Shown here one piece after another: positions 12,648 through 23,533 of a DNA stretch of 64,000 nucleotides. The stretch's first letter is position 1. Every line of letters begins with the position of its first letter. The stretch covers positions 416,001 to 480,000 of the forward strand of contig CAWGYD010000006.1 in assembly GCA_963826785.1 (NCBI GenBank), in the 5' to 3' direction. The DNA is from an uncultured delta proteobacterium (GTDB lineage Bacteria > Desulfobacterota > Desulfobacteria > Desulfobacterales > Desulfosalsimonadaceae). The position numbers and the translations under genes were made by a program. The notes beneath the pieces were generated by a model. The model was not told the DNA's origin, did not search any database, and was given only the letters and a program-made list of their open reading frames with translations.

Positions 12648-12910
12648 AATGGTGCCTCCCTGAATTTGAATAGCGGTAATTCGTCTTAAAATGCCCCTTA
12701 TCAATTGATCATAATTTGCTTGAGTTTTTCTTCTGCAGCGGACATGCCGGAACCGATTTTATTCAAGCATCTTGTCTGTTTTCATAACGAATAACTTTGG
12801 GGATGGGCAAGTCGCTGTTTTGTCAACTTTCCAACTTTATTTGATTTTTCTTGTAGCCTTTTTGTAAACCATGTTTTAATAGGTGATCATTCTCAATTGG
12901 ATCAATAGAA

Positions 12911-14266
12911 TTGGCTCACGTGATTCCTGCTCTTTCATTTGGGGCTTTTGTAACCTGGCTGCTGGCCATTGCCATGAATGGACCGCTGCTGTCTGCCATT
13001 GGCTTGCCGGAGACAACCCCCTTTTTCCTTCCGCCCCACATCATATCCCTGTCGCTGATCGGTATTTTCTGCCCGGCCCGTCTTTTTGACAAATTTTCGC
13101 CTGCTCTATGCGTGCTCACGGTTTTGCTGACCCTGGCCCTTCCGCTGGGGGGCGTTTCCGCCGGCCCCTGCCTGCTGGCCCTTATGGGCATCGGCGGGGC
13201 ATTCGTGGCCATCAGCGCGTGCATGTCCTTGAGAAAAAGCCCCGCCCCCCTGGCCAGCGCCGCCTGCGGACTGATCATTGCCAATCTGCTGGCAATCCCC
13301 TTGATGGCTTGGCCAAAGGGCGGCTTTTGGGAATTTGCGGTGATCGCCGCACCGCTGCTTTCTATTCCCGTGATCGCCCGCCGCCCGTCGGAAGCACGCC
13401 ATGATCCGGATGCGGTCAGCCGGTGGCACTATCTGCCGTTTATCTTGATTTTTCATATGGTCAGCGGCCTGATGTACAGCTTCATCATGCCGGTTTATCA
13501 GCCGGCCGCTTACCTGCCCGGATCTGAAATTCCCTTTTACATCGTGGCCGTGGGCGCAGCGCTCCTGTTGGCGCGGAAAAATCTCGATCTGACCCTGGTG
13601 TGCGGCGTCGTCCTGGGAATGGCCGCGTTTTCGCTTCTGCAGCATCAGGACATGCGGCTGATGATCAACATGAGCATGTTTGCCATGCAGGCGTCTGTGG
13701 GATTCATCGATCTGGCCCTGCTGGCGCTGCTGCTCGGCTTTGCCAATCCCATCAGGGCTTTTGGCATCGGTCTGGGGACGGTGTGCCTGGGAATCTTCAC
13801 CGGCAAGATCCTCGCGTCTTCTCTGGCAAATCTGGCCGAACCGATCGTGGTGACCGGGCAGCTGGTCCTCAATCTGTCCATTCTGACCCTGTATGTCCTG
13901 GGCCGTTTTCATTACCGCCCGCGCACTCCGGCCGCAGAAAATGTTACCGGCCGTGACCCCTTGCCGGTCCGGACGCCTGGAGGATCAAGTCCGGATATCG
14001 GGTCAGAAGCGCACGTTTCCGTTGGATTGATTCCTTCGGGCATCCCGGAAGAAAGCATGCCCCGGATGCCGGAAAACATCCGCCTGCTGTTATCTGATCG
14101 GGAACATCTGGTGTTGACGGAGACCCTGGACGGTAAAAGTTTTCGTCAAATCGCCGAAGCGCTTTCCATCTCCGATTCGACGGTAAAGACGTATATGCGA
14201 CGGATTTATGAAAAAATGGGGGTAAAGGGAAAGAAGGAATTGTTTGAGATGCTGAGCCGGCGGTAG
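12911..14266 (+). CDS. Multi-pass membrane LuxR-family regulator
   Basis: ~330 aa of consecutive hydrophobic helices, Pro-rich linker, LuxR HTH (LSDREHLV..IAEALSISDSTVKTYMRRIYEK). Confidence 0.85.
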   Translation: MAHVIPALSFGAFVTWLLAIAMNGPLLSAIGLPETTPFFLPPHIISLSLIGIFCPARLFDKFSPALCVLTVLLTLALPLGGVSAGPCLLALMGIGGAFVAISACMSLRKSPAPLASAACGLIIANLLAIPLMAWPKGGFWEFAVIAAPLLSIPVIARRPSEARHDPDAVSRWHYLPFILIFHMVSGLMYSFIMPVYQPAAYLPGSEIPFYIVAVGAALLLARKNLDLTLVCGVVLGMAAFSLLQHQDMRLMINMSMFAMQASVGFIDLALLALLLGFANPIRAFGIGLGTVCLGIFTGKILASSLANLAEPIVVTGQLVLNLSILTLYVLGRFHYRPRTPAAENVTGRDPLPVRTPGGSSPDIGSEAHVSVGLIPSGIPEESMPRMPENIRLLLSDREHLVLTETLDGKSFRQIAEALSISDSTVKTYMRRIYEKMGVKGKKELFEMLSRR

Positions 14267-14387
14267 CGCTTGTTTGTCAAATATCTGCCGTATCCCGGTT
14301 TAAATGGCGGGTAGATAGTCGGGCTGCAACCGGAAAGGATCAATGAAACAGATTTGAATCTGCCGCCAACGGACCTCGAGCTTCTTC

Positions 14388-15029
14388 TTATTTGCGCCCG
14401 GTGGCGAGAAACACGGGAAACCGGGCTGGTTTACCGGTGCGGCTGTGTTCTTTTTCCATAACGTGGGCGGTGGTAAACTCGACCTGCGAAAAGCCGGCCC
14501 CTTCCATCTGCCGGATCAGGACCTGCCGGTCGAATCCGTAATGGAATACGTCCGGAATCTCCCCGTGAAATCCGCCGTCCTCCGCATCCAGGTCCGCCAG
14601 GGCCAGGTATCCATCCGGGCGCAGCAGGCGGTTGAAAATGTGGAGCAGGGCGGGAATGTCCTGTACGTGATGAAGGGTCATGCTGCTGTAGACAAGGTCG
14701 AACCGGTCCTCCGGCAGCGGGTCGTTAAATAAATCGATCTGCCGGGAGGTGATGTTGCCGATGCGGTTTTCAAGGGTTTTCCGGTTTAAGGCCTCCAGCA
14801 TTTTCCCCGATGTATCCACCGCCACAATTTTGCCCACAAGCGGCGCAAGGCCAAGGGTCACCAGGCCGGTGCCGCAGCCGAATTCCATGGCCGTGGTGAC
14901 ATCAGACAGATCGACCCGGTCGGCGATCGCCCTGGCCACCGCCCGGGAAAGCGCGATGCGTTCCGGTTTTTCATCCCAGGCCGCAGCCGCCTGGTCAAAG
15001 TAGTGTTCGCCGTTTTTGTTTTCCTGCAT
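14388..15029 (-). CDS. Class I SAM-dependent methyltransferase
   Basis: MEFGCGTG, VAVDTS, FDLVYSSMTLHH, LLRPDG. Confidence 0.9.
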   Translation of the reverse strand: MQENKNGEHYFDQAAAAWDEKPERIALSRAVARAIADRVDLSDVTTAMEFGCGTGLVTLGLAPLVGKIVAVDTSGKMLEALNRKTLENRIGNITSRQIDLFNDPLPEDRFDLVYSSMTLHHVQDIPALLHIFNRLLRPDGYLALADLDAEDGGFHGEIPDVFHYGFDRQVLIRQMEGAGFSQVEFTTAHVMEKEHSRTGKPARFPVFLATGRK

Positions 15030-15189
15030 GTATCGTCCCCCTGTGAAACTGAGTGTGAAGTCTCTTTTTGAATATTACCCCTTGAAGCCGGGTTGAACAA
15101 GTCTTCAAACCTTAGCGATTGACCTTGTCCAAGCTTTGTTTTATGACCGAATAATTGAGGATACGGTAACTCAACTGAGAATATGTGCC

Positions 15190-15693
15190 ATGATTATCAT
15201 TGATTTTGAGGCCTCCAGCCTGCGCAAAAACTCCCACCCCATCGAGGTGGCCTGGGGGGAGAGCACTAAAGCCATTGAGTCGTATCTTTTGAATCCGGAC
15301 CACATGGCTGGCTGGACGGACTGGAGCCCCCAAAGCGTTGAATACCACGGGCTGACCTTGGATGAGCTGCGCCGGTGCGGCAAAGACCCACGGCTTGTCG
15401 CACAGAAAATGGTGGAAGCGCTTTCGGGTAAAGCGGTCTACTCCGATGAACCCCTGTACGACACCCGGTGGAAAAACCGCCTGCTGGCGGACGCCGGATA
15501 CGACCCCCACCGGGTGCGGATCAAGGATTTAAATCTCTACTTAAACCACCAACTCAAAGCCAAAGACCCCTGCAAAACCATAACCGACTATGTCTGCACC
15601 TTCACCTGCAGCGAAAACCGCCGCCACCGGGCCGCCGCCGATGTGCTCTGGCTGCTGGAGTTCGTGAAATACATTAAGGACACCTGCGGATAA
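15190..15693 (+). CDS. DEDDh 3'-5' exonuclease-like protein
   Basis: IIDFEAS, PIEVAW, YD, HRAAADV. Confidence 0.8.
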   Translation: MIIIDFEASSLRKNSHPIEVAWGESTKAIESYLLNPDHMAGWTDWSPQSVEYHGLTLDELRRCGKDPRLVAQKMVEALSGKAVYSDEPLYDTRWKNRLLADAGYDPHRVRIKDLNLYLNHQLKAKDPCKTITDYVCTFTCSENRRHRAAADVLWLLEFVKYIKDTCG

Positions 15694-15780
15694 GCCCCAC
15701 ATATCTGCCCGCGATCCTGAATTAGGATTTAAATACAGCTCATTTTATACGATTTTTAACGGTATTCAAGGAGGGAAAAA

Positions 15781-16560
15781 ATGACATTCAACGAAATTCT
15801 GTTTTCAACTGAAGGCCCGATCGCCACCCTTACCTTAAATAGCCCGAAGACAATAAATGCGCTTTCCAAAAAAATGATTGAAGAAATGATTGATGCCTTA
15901 ACGCGGGTATCCTCTGATGAATCGATTAAGGTAATCATCATAAAAGCCGCTGGCAAAAACTTCTGTGCAGGACATAATCTGTCTGAAATGGTTGATTCAG
16001 GAGTTAAAGAGTATAAATTCATCTTTGATCAGTGCACCAAAATGATGCAATTGATTCACGAAATACCGCAGCCGGTCATTGCGCAGGTACAGGGAATTGC
16101 GACTGCCGCCGGATGCCAACTGGCCGCATGGTGTGATCTGGTTATCGCAAGCGAAGATGCAAAATTTTCAACACCGGGGGTTAAAATCGGACTTTTTTGC
16201 TCAACGCCTATGGTTGCAGTATCAAGAGCTGTCGGACGTAAAATGGCGATGGAAATGCTTTTAACCGGACGGGAGTTTCCAGCACAGGAAGCAAAAGAAC
16301 TTGGTTTGGTCAATAGAGTCGTTTCACTGGAAGAACTGGATTCCATAACAAAGGAGTTGGCCAAAAAAATCAGCGAAGCGAGTCGTTTTGCTCTGAGCAT
16401 CGGGAAACAAGGATTTTACGCCCAGGTGGATCAGGCTGATGATAAAGCATTTCATTTCGCCAAACATACCATCGTTCTGAATAATTTATCAGAAGATGCT
16501 CAAAACGGAATCAAAGGTTTTTTAGAAAAGAAACCCTCAATAAAATGGAAAGATCGGTAA
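15781..16560 (+). CDS. Enoyl-CoA hydratase/isomerase family protein
   Basis: FCAGHNL, ATAAGCQL, TPGVKIGLFCSTP; visibly AT-richer than neighbours. Confidence 0.9.
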   Translation: MTFNEILFSTEGPIATLTLNSPKTINALSKKMIEEMIDALTRVSSDESIKVIIIKAAGKNFCAGHNLSEMVDSGVKEYKFIFDQCTKMMQLIHEIPQPVIAQVQGIATAAGCQLAAWCDLVIASEDAKFSTPGVKIGLFCSTPMVAVSRAVGRKMAMEMLLTGREFPAQEAKELGLVNRVVSLEELDSITKELAKKISEASRFALSIGKQGFYAQVDQADDKAFHFAKHTIVLNNLSEDAQNGIKGFLEKKPSIKWKDR

Positions 16561-16569
16561 GGAAAAAGT

Positions 16570-16723
16570 GGGACGCCCTTTATATTTTACATTTTCAAAT
16601 CCGATCATCGTATTGCTCTCAAGAGAACGAATGTCGATGCAACTCCGAATAGATGCGCAGGCGCGCTGCACCACATCATTGCCCTGTCGCGTTTATTAAA
16701 TATAAAAATATAAAGGGCGTCCC
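16570..16723. repeat. 154-bp element with perfect 19-bp terminal inverted repeats (MITE-like)
   Basis: gggacgccctttatatttt (16570-16588) / aaaatataaagggcgtccc (16705-16723). Confidence 0.8.
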
Positions 16724-16745
16724 TCTCTGGAGGAGTTTTAACTTG

Positions 16746-17960
16746 ATGATTCAACAGCATGATAGTGACTATCAAGCATCGACGAAGATACTCCCCTTAA
16801 AACCAAACGATTTGCTGGTTTATGTTATGGCTGTCGCATCCGGCGTGGCCGTGGCGAATCTTTATTACGCGCAACCGCTGCTGCACACGCTGGCTCAAAG
16901 CTTCGGTACCTCCGAAGGCAAAACCGGTCTTATTGTCACGATGACGCAGTTAGGCTACGTCATCGGCCTCGGGCTGATCGTGCCGCTCGGTGATCTGCTT
17001 GAACGACGGAGACTAATCACGGTCGTTTCCACAGGAACAGCGGTGGCGCTGGCCGGCGCCGCCATCTCGCCAGGCATTGGTTCTTTCCTGCTTGCATGCC
17101 TGGCAATCGGCCTTACGTCGGTAGTCGCACAAGTGCTGGTGCCATTTGCTGCGACCATGGCCGCGGACGCGCAGCGCGGTGCCGTCATAGGTCGGGTTAT
17201 GGCAGGCCTGCTGCTTGGTATTCTGCTGGCTCGTACGGTTTCTGGATTCATTGCTGACGCTTTTGGCTGGCGCGTGGTATTCGGGCTGGCGGCCGTAAGC
17301 ATGATCGTTCAAGCTGCCGTGCTGTGGAGGATGTTGCCACAGAGCCAAGGTGAGACCCGTATGTCATATACGGCCCTGATTGGCTCGGTGATTCTTTTGT
17401 TTCGTGATGAGCCATTGCTAAGACGGCGTATCGTTTACGGGGCCTTGGGTTTTGCAGCCTTTAGCGTATTCTGGACCGCCCTGGCATTTCTTCTCGCGCG
17501 ACCACCCTATGGGTACAATGACTCGATCATTGGCTTGTTTGGCCTGGTCGGCGCTGCTGGCGCCCTGAGCGCAAGCTTCGCAGGGCACATTCATGACCAT
17601 GGCGGCACACGGATAGGCACCGGGGTATTGATAGCGCTGGTCGTTCTCGCGTTTGCGATCATGGGTGTTTTTAGTACGCACCTTACCGCCATCATCGTCG
17701 GTGTCGTACTGCTTGATATTGGCCAGCAAGGCACGCACATCCTGAACCAGAGCGTCATTTACACGCTGAACCCCGAGGCGAGAAGCCGAATAACGACAGC
17801 GTACATGACCTGCTTTTTCTTCGGAGGTGTTGTCGGGTCTGCGTCATCGGGTTATGTGTTTGAGCTTAGTGGCTGGCCAGGCGTCGCGCTGCTGGGCGGC
17901 ATGTTTGGAGGAATCTCGTTTCTATACTGGCTCACAGAACTCGGTACTCGCCGTGTGTGA
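16746..17960 (+). CDS. MFS transporter
   Basis: VANLYYAQPLL, PLGDLLERR, ~12 TM segments; RBS ggagga upstream. Confidence 0.9.
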   Translation: MIQQHDSDYQASTKILPLKPNDLLVYVMAVASGVAVANLYYAQPLLHTLAQSFGTSEGKTGLIVTMTQLGYVIGLGLIVPLGDLLERRRLITVVSTGTAVALAGAAISPGIGSFLLACLAIGLTSVVAQVLVPFAATMAADAQRGAVIGRVMAGLLLGILLARTVSGFIADAFGWRVVFGLAAVSMIVQAAVLWRMLPQSQGETRMSYTALIGSVILLFRDEPLLRRRIVYGALGFAAFSVFWTALAFLLARPPYGYNDSIIGLFGLVGAAGALSASFAGHIHDHGGTRIGTGVLIALVVLAFAIMGVFSTHLTAIIVGVVLLDIGQQGTHILNQSVIYTLNPEARSRITTAYMTCFFFGGVVGSASSGYVFELSGWPGVALLGGMFGGISFLYWLTELGTRRV

Positions 17961-18042
17961 AGCTGCACTCGGCTGCTTTGACGAAATAGACATCCAACCA
18001 ATGAAATCCGGTTCGCGCACCCGTGGTTGAGGAAAAGCCGCC

Positions 18043-18705
18043 CTATTCGAACTGCCGTTTGAATGTCTCGAATGCCTCCTGCAGGGCGTCCAGCCGCCGG
18101 GTCAATTCCTCAACCCTTTCTTCGAGCGCTTCCATCCGCTGGCCGGTTCCCGTCCGGGCCGGTCCGTCGGCTGCCACATAGGGGGTTTCCTGCAGGGCCG
18201 CCTCGTCGATGTCCCCAAAAAGATGTGCAAAGCGGTGTTCTTTGCGGCCGGGAAGGCGGGGAAGCCGGGTGACGAACGGTCCTTTTTCATGATTCATCAG
18301 TTTCTGGAGGTTAAACTCCACCTCAGGGAGGCTTTCGAACTCGATGAGCCGGGTGGTGCGGGACCGCAGTTCACCAGGGGTCTGGGGGCCGCGCAGCAGC
18401 AGTTCGCATATGATCGCCTGTTCGCGCCGGGAAAAATCGGCGGTCTCCTTCAGGTTGTGCTCGTATTTGGGAACACGGCTGCCGTGGGTGGCGATCTGCC
18501 AGACCAGGTGTGCGCCGCGAAGGGTATTGAGCGCACTTTCAACATCCGCGTCGTTGAGGTTCATCACCGGTGCCCGGTTGGTCTTCTGGTTGCAGGCATT
18601 GATCAGTGCATTGAAGGTCATGGGGTAATAATCCGGGGTGGACATTTCCTTTTCGATGAGCACCCCCAGGATTCTTTGTTCAACAGGACTTAATTTTATT
18701 TCCAT
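18043..18705 (-). CDS. YceH / DUF480 family protein
   Basis: LIEKEMSTPDYYPMT, ACNQKTNR.PVM, LLLRGPQTPGELR. Confidence 0.9.
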   Translation of the reverse strand: MEIKLSPVEQRILGVLIEKEMSTPDYYPMTFNALINACNQKTNRAPVMNLNDADVESALNTLRGAHLVWQIATHGSRVPKYEHNLKETADFSRREQAIICELLLRGPQTPGELRSRTTRLIEFESLPEVEFNLQKLMNHEKGPFVTRLPRLPGRKEHRFAHLFGDIDEAALQETPYVAADGPARTGTGQRMEALEERVEELTRRLDALQEAFETFKRQFE

Positions 18706-18761
18706 GTCTGGTATTTTCCGTCTAAATCATCATTTAACGTCCATTTATGGATCGGCGCTCA

Positions 18762-19460
18762 TCATTTTTCACATCCCGAATCCGGGGGAAGGCCGGTTTG
18801 TGCGGCCGCCCGGGTGGCCAGATAGTCGCATCGTTCGTTTTCCGTATTGCCCGCATGCCCTTTGACCCAGATGAATTGGACCTCGTGGGTGTCGATCAGG
18901 TCGAGCAGCCGTGCCCACAGATCGGCATTCAAGGCCGGTTTGCCGTCCCACTTCACCCAATTTTTCGACCGCCATTTGATCGCCCACTTCTTGTTGACCG
19001 CATCGACCACGTATTTCGAATCGCTGTACAGGGTCACCCGGGAGGGGGTTTTAATGGATTGAAGCCCGGCGATGCAGGCAAAAAGCTCCATCCGGTTGTT
19101 GGTGGTCCGGCAGAAGCCGCCCGACAGCTCCTTTCGATTGCCGCCATCGAGGATCACCGCCCCGTAACCGCCAGGGCCGGGATTGCAGCTGCATCCGCCG
19201 TCCGTATAAATGATGATGTCGCCTTCACGGGCGGAAACCGGCGGCGCCGGCGCCTTTTTTACTGACCGTTTGGGAGAAGCGGCATCCCTGTCCGGCGCCT
19301 CCATCCACTGCTTTGCTTCATGAAGGGTATAAAACCCTTTAAACCGCGCGCCTGCGACCCCCCGCACCTGCGCCTCGGCCCCTTTCTCCCCGAACCACTC
19401 GGTATAGATGCCCGGGACATGCCCCCGGGCAACCGCATAAAATTTTTTCCTGCTGGCCAT
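18762..19460 (-). CDS. rnhA: Ribonuclease HI with N-terminal hybrid-binding (viroplasmin-like) domain
   Basis: [46 protein letters not shown]. Confidence 0.93.
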   Translation of the reverse strand: MASRKKFYAVARGHVPGIYTEWFGEKGAEAQVRGVAGARFKGFYTLHEAKQWMEAPDRDAASPKRSVKKAPAPPVSAREGDIIIYTDGGCSCNPGPGGYGAVILDGGNRKELSGGFCRTTNNRMELFACIAGLQSIKTPSRVTLYSDSKYVVDAVNKKWAIKWRSKNWVKWDGKPALNADLWARLLDLIDTHEVQFIWVKGHAGNTENERCDYLATRAAAQTGLPPDSGCEK

Positions 19461-19809
19461 CTCAAATCTCCGGTCGGATTCTTACCATTTCACGAGGGTG
19501 CTGCGTTTGTCGATGCTTTTTATCACAAAAAGGGCATGGGAGACAGAGGGATTCAAAAATGGATGCGGGAAATCTTCTATTGGTGGTTTCCGCAACATAT
19601 GTGGGTTTATTTTTTCTTGACAGCCTTGAATTCGAAATGAGTATACAATTGTATATCAGCAAAAGCGTTTTCATGGGACATTTGAAGAGAAGTCCCTTTT
19701 GGAAAAAGGGGATTTTGACGCACCGGAATTTGGTGGGGCTTTCCCGCAAAGACGGGATCCGGTGATCAATGGCTATTTTTTACAGCTTCAGCAAGATTGG
19801 AGATCAATC

Positions 19810-20286
19810 ATGAGAAAAACAAATCCGTGCCTTTATTTATTCCTGCTTCCGGCTGTCTTTTTAAGCGTCGCTTTGCCGCTGCATGCCGAAGAAAATTCCG
19901 GATTATCCGCGGGGCAGGCCCTCTATGTGCCGGTCTACTCCCATATTTACAGCGGCAATCAAGAAATGCCTTTTTTGCTGACGGTGACGTTGAGCATCAG
20001 GAATATCGATCCGAAGAACTCTTTTAAAATCACCCGGGTCGATTATTTTGATTCAAAGGGGAAGCTTCTGGAGAAATATTTAAGCAATGCGGTTGATTTA
20101 GGACCTATGGAATCAATACGATATGTTGTGCCGCAAAAAGAGAACAAAGGCGGGTCCGGGGCCAATTTCATCGTCGAATGGAAATCCGGCCGACCAATGA
20201 ACCCGCCGATTGTGGAATCCGTCATGATTGGAACACAATCTCAGCAGGGTGTTTCTTTTACCTCCCGCGGCCGGGAAATCAAATGA
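19810..20286 (+). CDS. Secreted DUF3124-family protein
   Basis: YVPVYSHIY, LSIRN, GGSGANFIVEW, VSFTSRG. Confidence 0.85.
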   Translation: MRKTNPCLYLFLLPAVFLSVALPLHAEENSGLSAGQALYVPVYSHIYSGNQEMPFLLTVTLSIRNIDPKNSFKITRVDYFDSKGKLLEKYLSNAVDLGPMESIRYVVPQKENKGGSGANFIVEWKSGRPMNPPIVESVMIGTQSQQGVSFTSRGREIK

Positions 20287-20379
20287 GGGGCGGGCGTATC
20301 TGAGGGCCATCCCGGAAAGTCCGGTTTTCAGTTTTTCCGGGATGGCGGTAAACAGGACCGCAATTGAGCGACTGAGGGA

Positions 20380-21018
20380 TCAATCCCGGTCGCCGCCGCC
20401 TTCGCCCCCCTCCATGCCTTCGCCGCCTTCGAATCCCTCGCCGCCCTCGAAGCCTTCACTCCCATCGAAACCCACATCCGGCCCGATTTCGTCACCCGGA
20501 TAAAAACCCATATAAGGGCCGTAATAATAGGGACCACCGTACCACATCCAGTCTGTTGCTTCTCGCTGGGGCCTCCATAAATGAATTTCACGGACAAGGA
20601 GCACCGGATACCGGTAATTCATCTGTCCGATCTTATGGGTTTCTTCTCCTTCGATGGAACCGGCAACGGATACCGGTTTTCCCGGGCGGTAAAGTGCCGG
20701 GTCGAGGTATTTATTCGTTTTGGCGATAAAGCGCCCTTCGGATTCCGTCGCATATTCCGGCCGGTCACTGCTGTCGAGCGGCATCTTGAGAACATAAAGA
20801 TCCGTGCCATCCGCCATATTCTTCACCCGGATAACGGTTCCGCCCCAGATCACGACATCGCCCTTGTACTGGTCCGGGTTTTCCGTAACCATGGGGGCGC
20901 TGATGTCCTGCGCCTCATCCTGCAGCGATTTTGAAAAGGGTGTGCTGGCACAGCCGGATGCCAGCGCCATGACCATCAAACCCAACAGCGCATAATAGAT
21001 CGGCTTTCCTGATTTCAT
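20380..21018 (-). CDS. Slp-family outer-membrane lipoprotein with acidic Gly/Glu tail
   Basis: Lipobox ASGC, VIWGG, SEGRF, YLDPALY, YPVL..IHLW; EGGEG repeats at the C-terminus. Confidence 0.88.
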   Translation of the reverse strand: MKSGKPIYYALLGLMVMALASGCASTPFSKSLQDEAQDISAPMVTENPDQYKGDVVIWGGTVIRVKNMADGTDLYVLKMPLDSSDRPEYATESEGRFIAKTNKYLDPALYRPGKPVSVAGSIEGEETHKIGQMNYRYPVLLVREIHLWRPQREATDWMWYGGPYYYGPYMGFYPGDEIGPDVGFDGSEGFEGGEGFEGGEGMEGGEGGGDRD

Positions 21019-21367
21019 AACGCCATCCTCCCTTTGGTTGACAGGCTCAACGCGCACTGCCGTTTCCGAAGACGCCGATCTGCCGGGGCCGGCATCCTTT
21101 CGGGCACGGCTTCGATGTAAATGTTTCACAAATCTTGTACCACGCCATGTCGGCTTGTCAAAAAAAGGATTCACTTTACTTCACAGGGTCCGCCCATGAG
21201 GCCCGGCGCGACGTTGCCGCGCAAAATGAACCAGGAGTCGATGAATGCGCTGACATCAACCTATGCCTGCTGGCACATACCTTTCGGCTGCAGTTTGCCT
21301 CCGGCATCTTTGGTCCTTATTATAGTGTCATTTTCATCACCAACCCTAAATTTCGGAGGAAAATTCA

Positions 21368-21910
21368 ATGGCCGGACAATCGAAAGAGGAACGCAGGCAG
21401 AATGTCATCGATGTGCTCAACGAAGCAAGGGAGATGGAACTGTTTGCCATCAGCCAGTACATGAACCAGCACTATGGCCTCGATGACATGGACTACGGGG
21501 AGCTGGCGAAAAATATCAAGCTGATTGCCATCGATGAAATGCGCCATGCGGAAATGTTTGCCGAGCGGATCAAGGAACTCGCCGGGGAGCCGGTGGCCGG
21601 ATTTGGGCGAAAAGTCGAAAGACGCCAGAAGGTCGAGCAGCTGTTTCCTTTCAATTTCGACCTGGAGGACGATACGGTGGACAGGTACAACCAGTTCCAG
21701 CTGGTGTGCCGGGAAAACGGGGACAGCACCACCATGAAGCTCTTTGAGGAAATCATCGATGAAGAGCAGGAACACCTGAACTATTTCGACAACATCAGCA
21801 GCCACATCAAGGAACTCGGCGACGCCTATCTCGCCCGCATCGCCGGCACCCCGGCCAGCACCGGCGGGTATTCAAAATCGTTTATCAACATGCAGGGCGC
21901 AGCAGAATAA
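21368..21910 (+). CDS. bfr: Bacterioferritin
   Basis: ELFAISQYM, DEMRHAE, LE, DEEQEH ferroxidase ligands; strong RBS. Confidence 0.88.
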   Translation: MAGQSKEERRQNVIDVLNEAREMELFAISQYMNQHYGLDDMDYGELAKNIKLIAIDEMRHAEMFAERIKELAGEPVAGFGRKVERRQKVEQLFPFNFDLEDDTVDRYNQFQLVCRENGDSTTMKLFEEIIDEEQEHLNYFDNISSHIKELGDAYLARIAGTPASTGGYSKSFINMQGAAE

Positions 21911-22060
21911 AGGCGTTTTGCCACAGGCGAACCGATTAAATCCGGCTTAATTTCCACTCCCTGCAAAGCCCCGGCCGCAGCCTTGAAAAACGGCCGGGTC
22001 TGCGGCCTGCCGGAATTTCTCAGCACCCGTTTAAAAATATATTGCAAATCGGATAAAAAA

Positions 22061-22078
22061 TAAGTAAGTGCTTACTTA
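22061..22078. promoter_or_regulatory. Palindromic operator (TetR-type) upstream of the thiolase
   Basis: taagtaag-tg-cttactta, downstream of a ttgcaa -35-like hexamer; a TetR gene lies within the cluster. Confidence 0.7.
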
Positions 22079-22136
22079 ATAGCGAGTTTTTTTGAGAAAT
22101 CCCTTCACCTGAATTGATCATCGCCGGGAGTCGAAA

Positions 22137-23379
22137 ATGAGTCAAGACATCTATATTATCGGTTCGACCATGATCCGGTTCGGCAAGTACCTGGAGCGAT
22201 CCATCAAGGATCTGTCCGGAGAAGCGCTGGGCCTGGTGCTCAAGGATTGCGGCCTGGAAAAGAAAGACATCGAGGCCGCCTGGTTTTCAAATACCGGATG
22301 GGGCATGACCGATTTCCAGCACTGCATCCGGGGCCAGGTGGCGCTGTCCGCCAACGGCCTGGAAAAGATCCCCATGATTAATGTGGAAAACGCCTGCGCC
22401 AGCGCCAGCACCGCCCTGCACGGGGCCTGGACCGCCATTAAGGCCGGGCTCTATGACTGCGTACTGGCCATTGGCGCGGAAAAAGTCTACAGCAACGACC
22501 GGACCCAGATGATGAAGGGGTTCATGTCCGGAACGGATGTGGAATTCACCACCCGGTATATCGAGCATCTCAAGCAGCAGGCCAGGGAAAAGGCCAACGG
22601 CGGAGCAAGGTGCGCCCCAAAAGCCGGAAAAAAAGGGGGGGCATTCGGTCTTCATGGATTTTTACGCCTTTGGCGCCCGGGAGCACATGAAGGCCTATGG
22701 CACCACCCAGCGGCAGCTGGCCGTCATCGCCGCCAAGGCCCACAATAATTCCACGCTAAATCCCCTGGCCCAGTATACGTTTCCCCAGACCGTGGAGGAG
22801 GTTTTGGCCGATTACGAGGTGGCCTGGCCACTGACCCGGGCCATGTGCGCCCCGGTGGGCGACGGCGCCGCAGCGGCCATCCTGTGCTCGGAAAAATTTT
22901 TAAAAACGCTTTCCGGGGTTCGCCCGGTGCGGATTTTAGCCTCGGTGCTGCGCTCGGGGTCCTGGCAGGAAAACGACATCAGCAAACGTGCCGCCAAAGC
23001 CGCCTATGAAATGGCGGGCGTGGGGCCGCAAGACATCCAGATGGCCGAAGTGCATGATGCCACTGCATTCGGCGAACTCCACCAGACGGAGCAGCTCGGG
23101 TTCTGCCCCGTAGGCCAAGGCGGCGCTTTTGCCGAAAGCGGGGCCACGGCCCTGTCCGGGCGCCTGCCGGTCAACCCCAGCGGCGGACTGATCGCCCGGG
23201 GCCATCCCATCGGCGCCTCCGGCCTGGCCCAGATCTATGAACTGGTAACCCAGCTGAGGGGCGAAGCCGGTGCGCGCCAGGCGGGTAATGCACCCCGCAT
23301 TGCCATGGCCGAAAACGGCGGCGGCACCATCGGCACCGGCGAGGCGGCCATGTGTATTCATATCCTGGAGAAAGCGTGA
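22137..23379 (+). CDS. Thiolase, SCP2-type (apparent +1 frameshift ~22596)
   Basis: ENACASAS in ORF 22137; EVHDA, NPSGGL, GHPIGASG, ENGGG in ORF 22537. Confidence 0.88.
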
Positions 23380-23448
23380 TTGAACGGGGTCGGAATCGGT
23401 ATCGATATCGATATAAAACCCATTAATGGTGTGGGTTCACAGGCCCTT

Positions 23449-23533
23449 GACACCCCCCTGCCCCCCTCAAGGGGGGATTCAAGACTTGATACTTTTGTTT
23501 TAAATCCCCCCTTGAGGGGGGCAGGGGGGTGTC
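23449..23533. repeat. REPIN-like palindrome
   Basis: Arms identical to 135-163 / 193-221 with a different AT-rich spacer. Confidence 0.95.

Noticed and set aside
17988..18032. attC site after the MFS gene (atccaac...gttgagg)
   Set aside because: Too short (~45 bp) with poor internal pairing.
21271..21290. Sigma-54 promoter upstream of bfr (tggcac...)
   Set aside because: The -12 TTGC element is absent at the required spacing.
22600..22645. Programmed frameshift or phase variation at the A7/G7 run in the thiolase
   Set aside because: The frame is most simply restored upstream at gccaacg (~22596), and the same +1 pattern recurs in unrelated genes, which favours sequencing error. The homopolymer cannot be fully excluded as the site.
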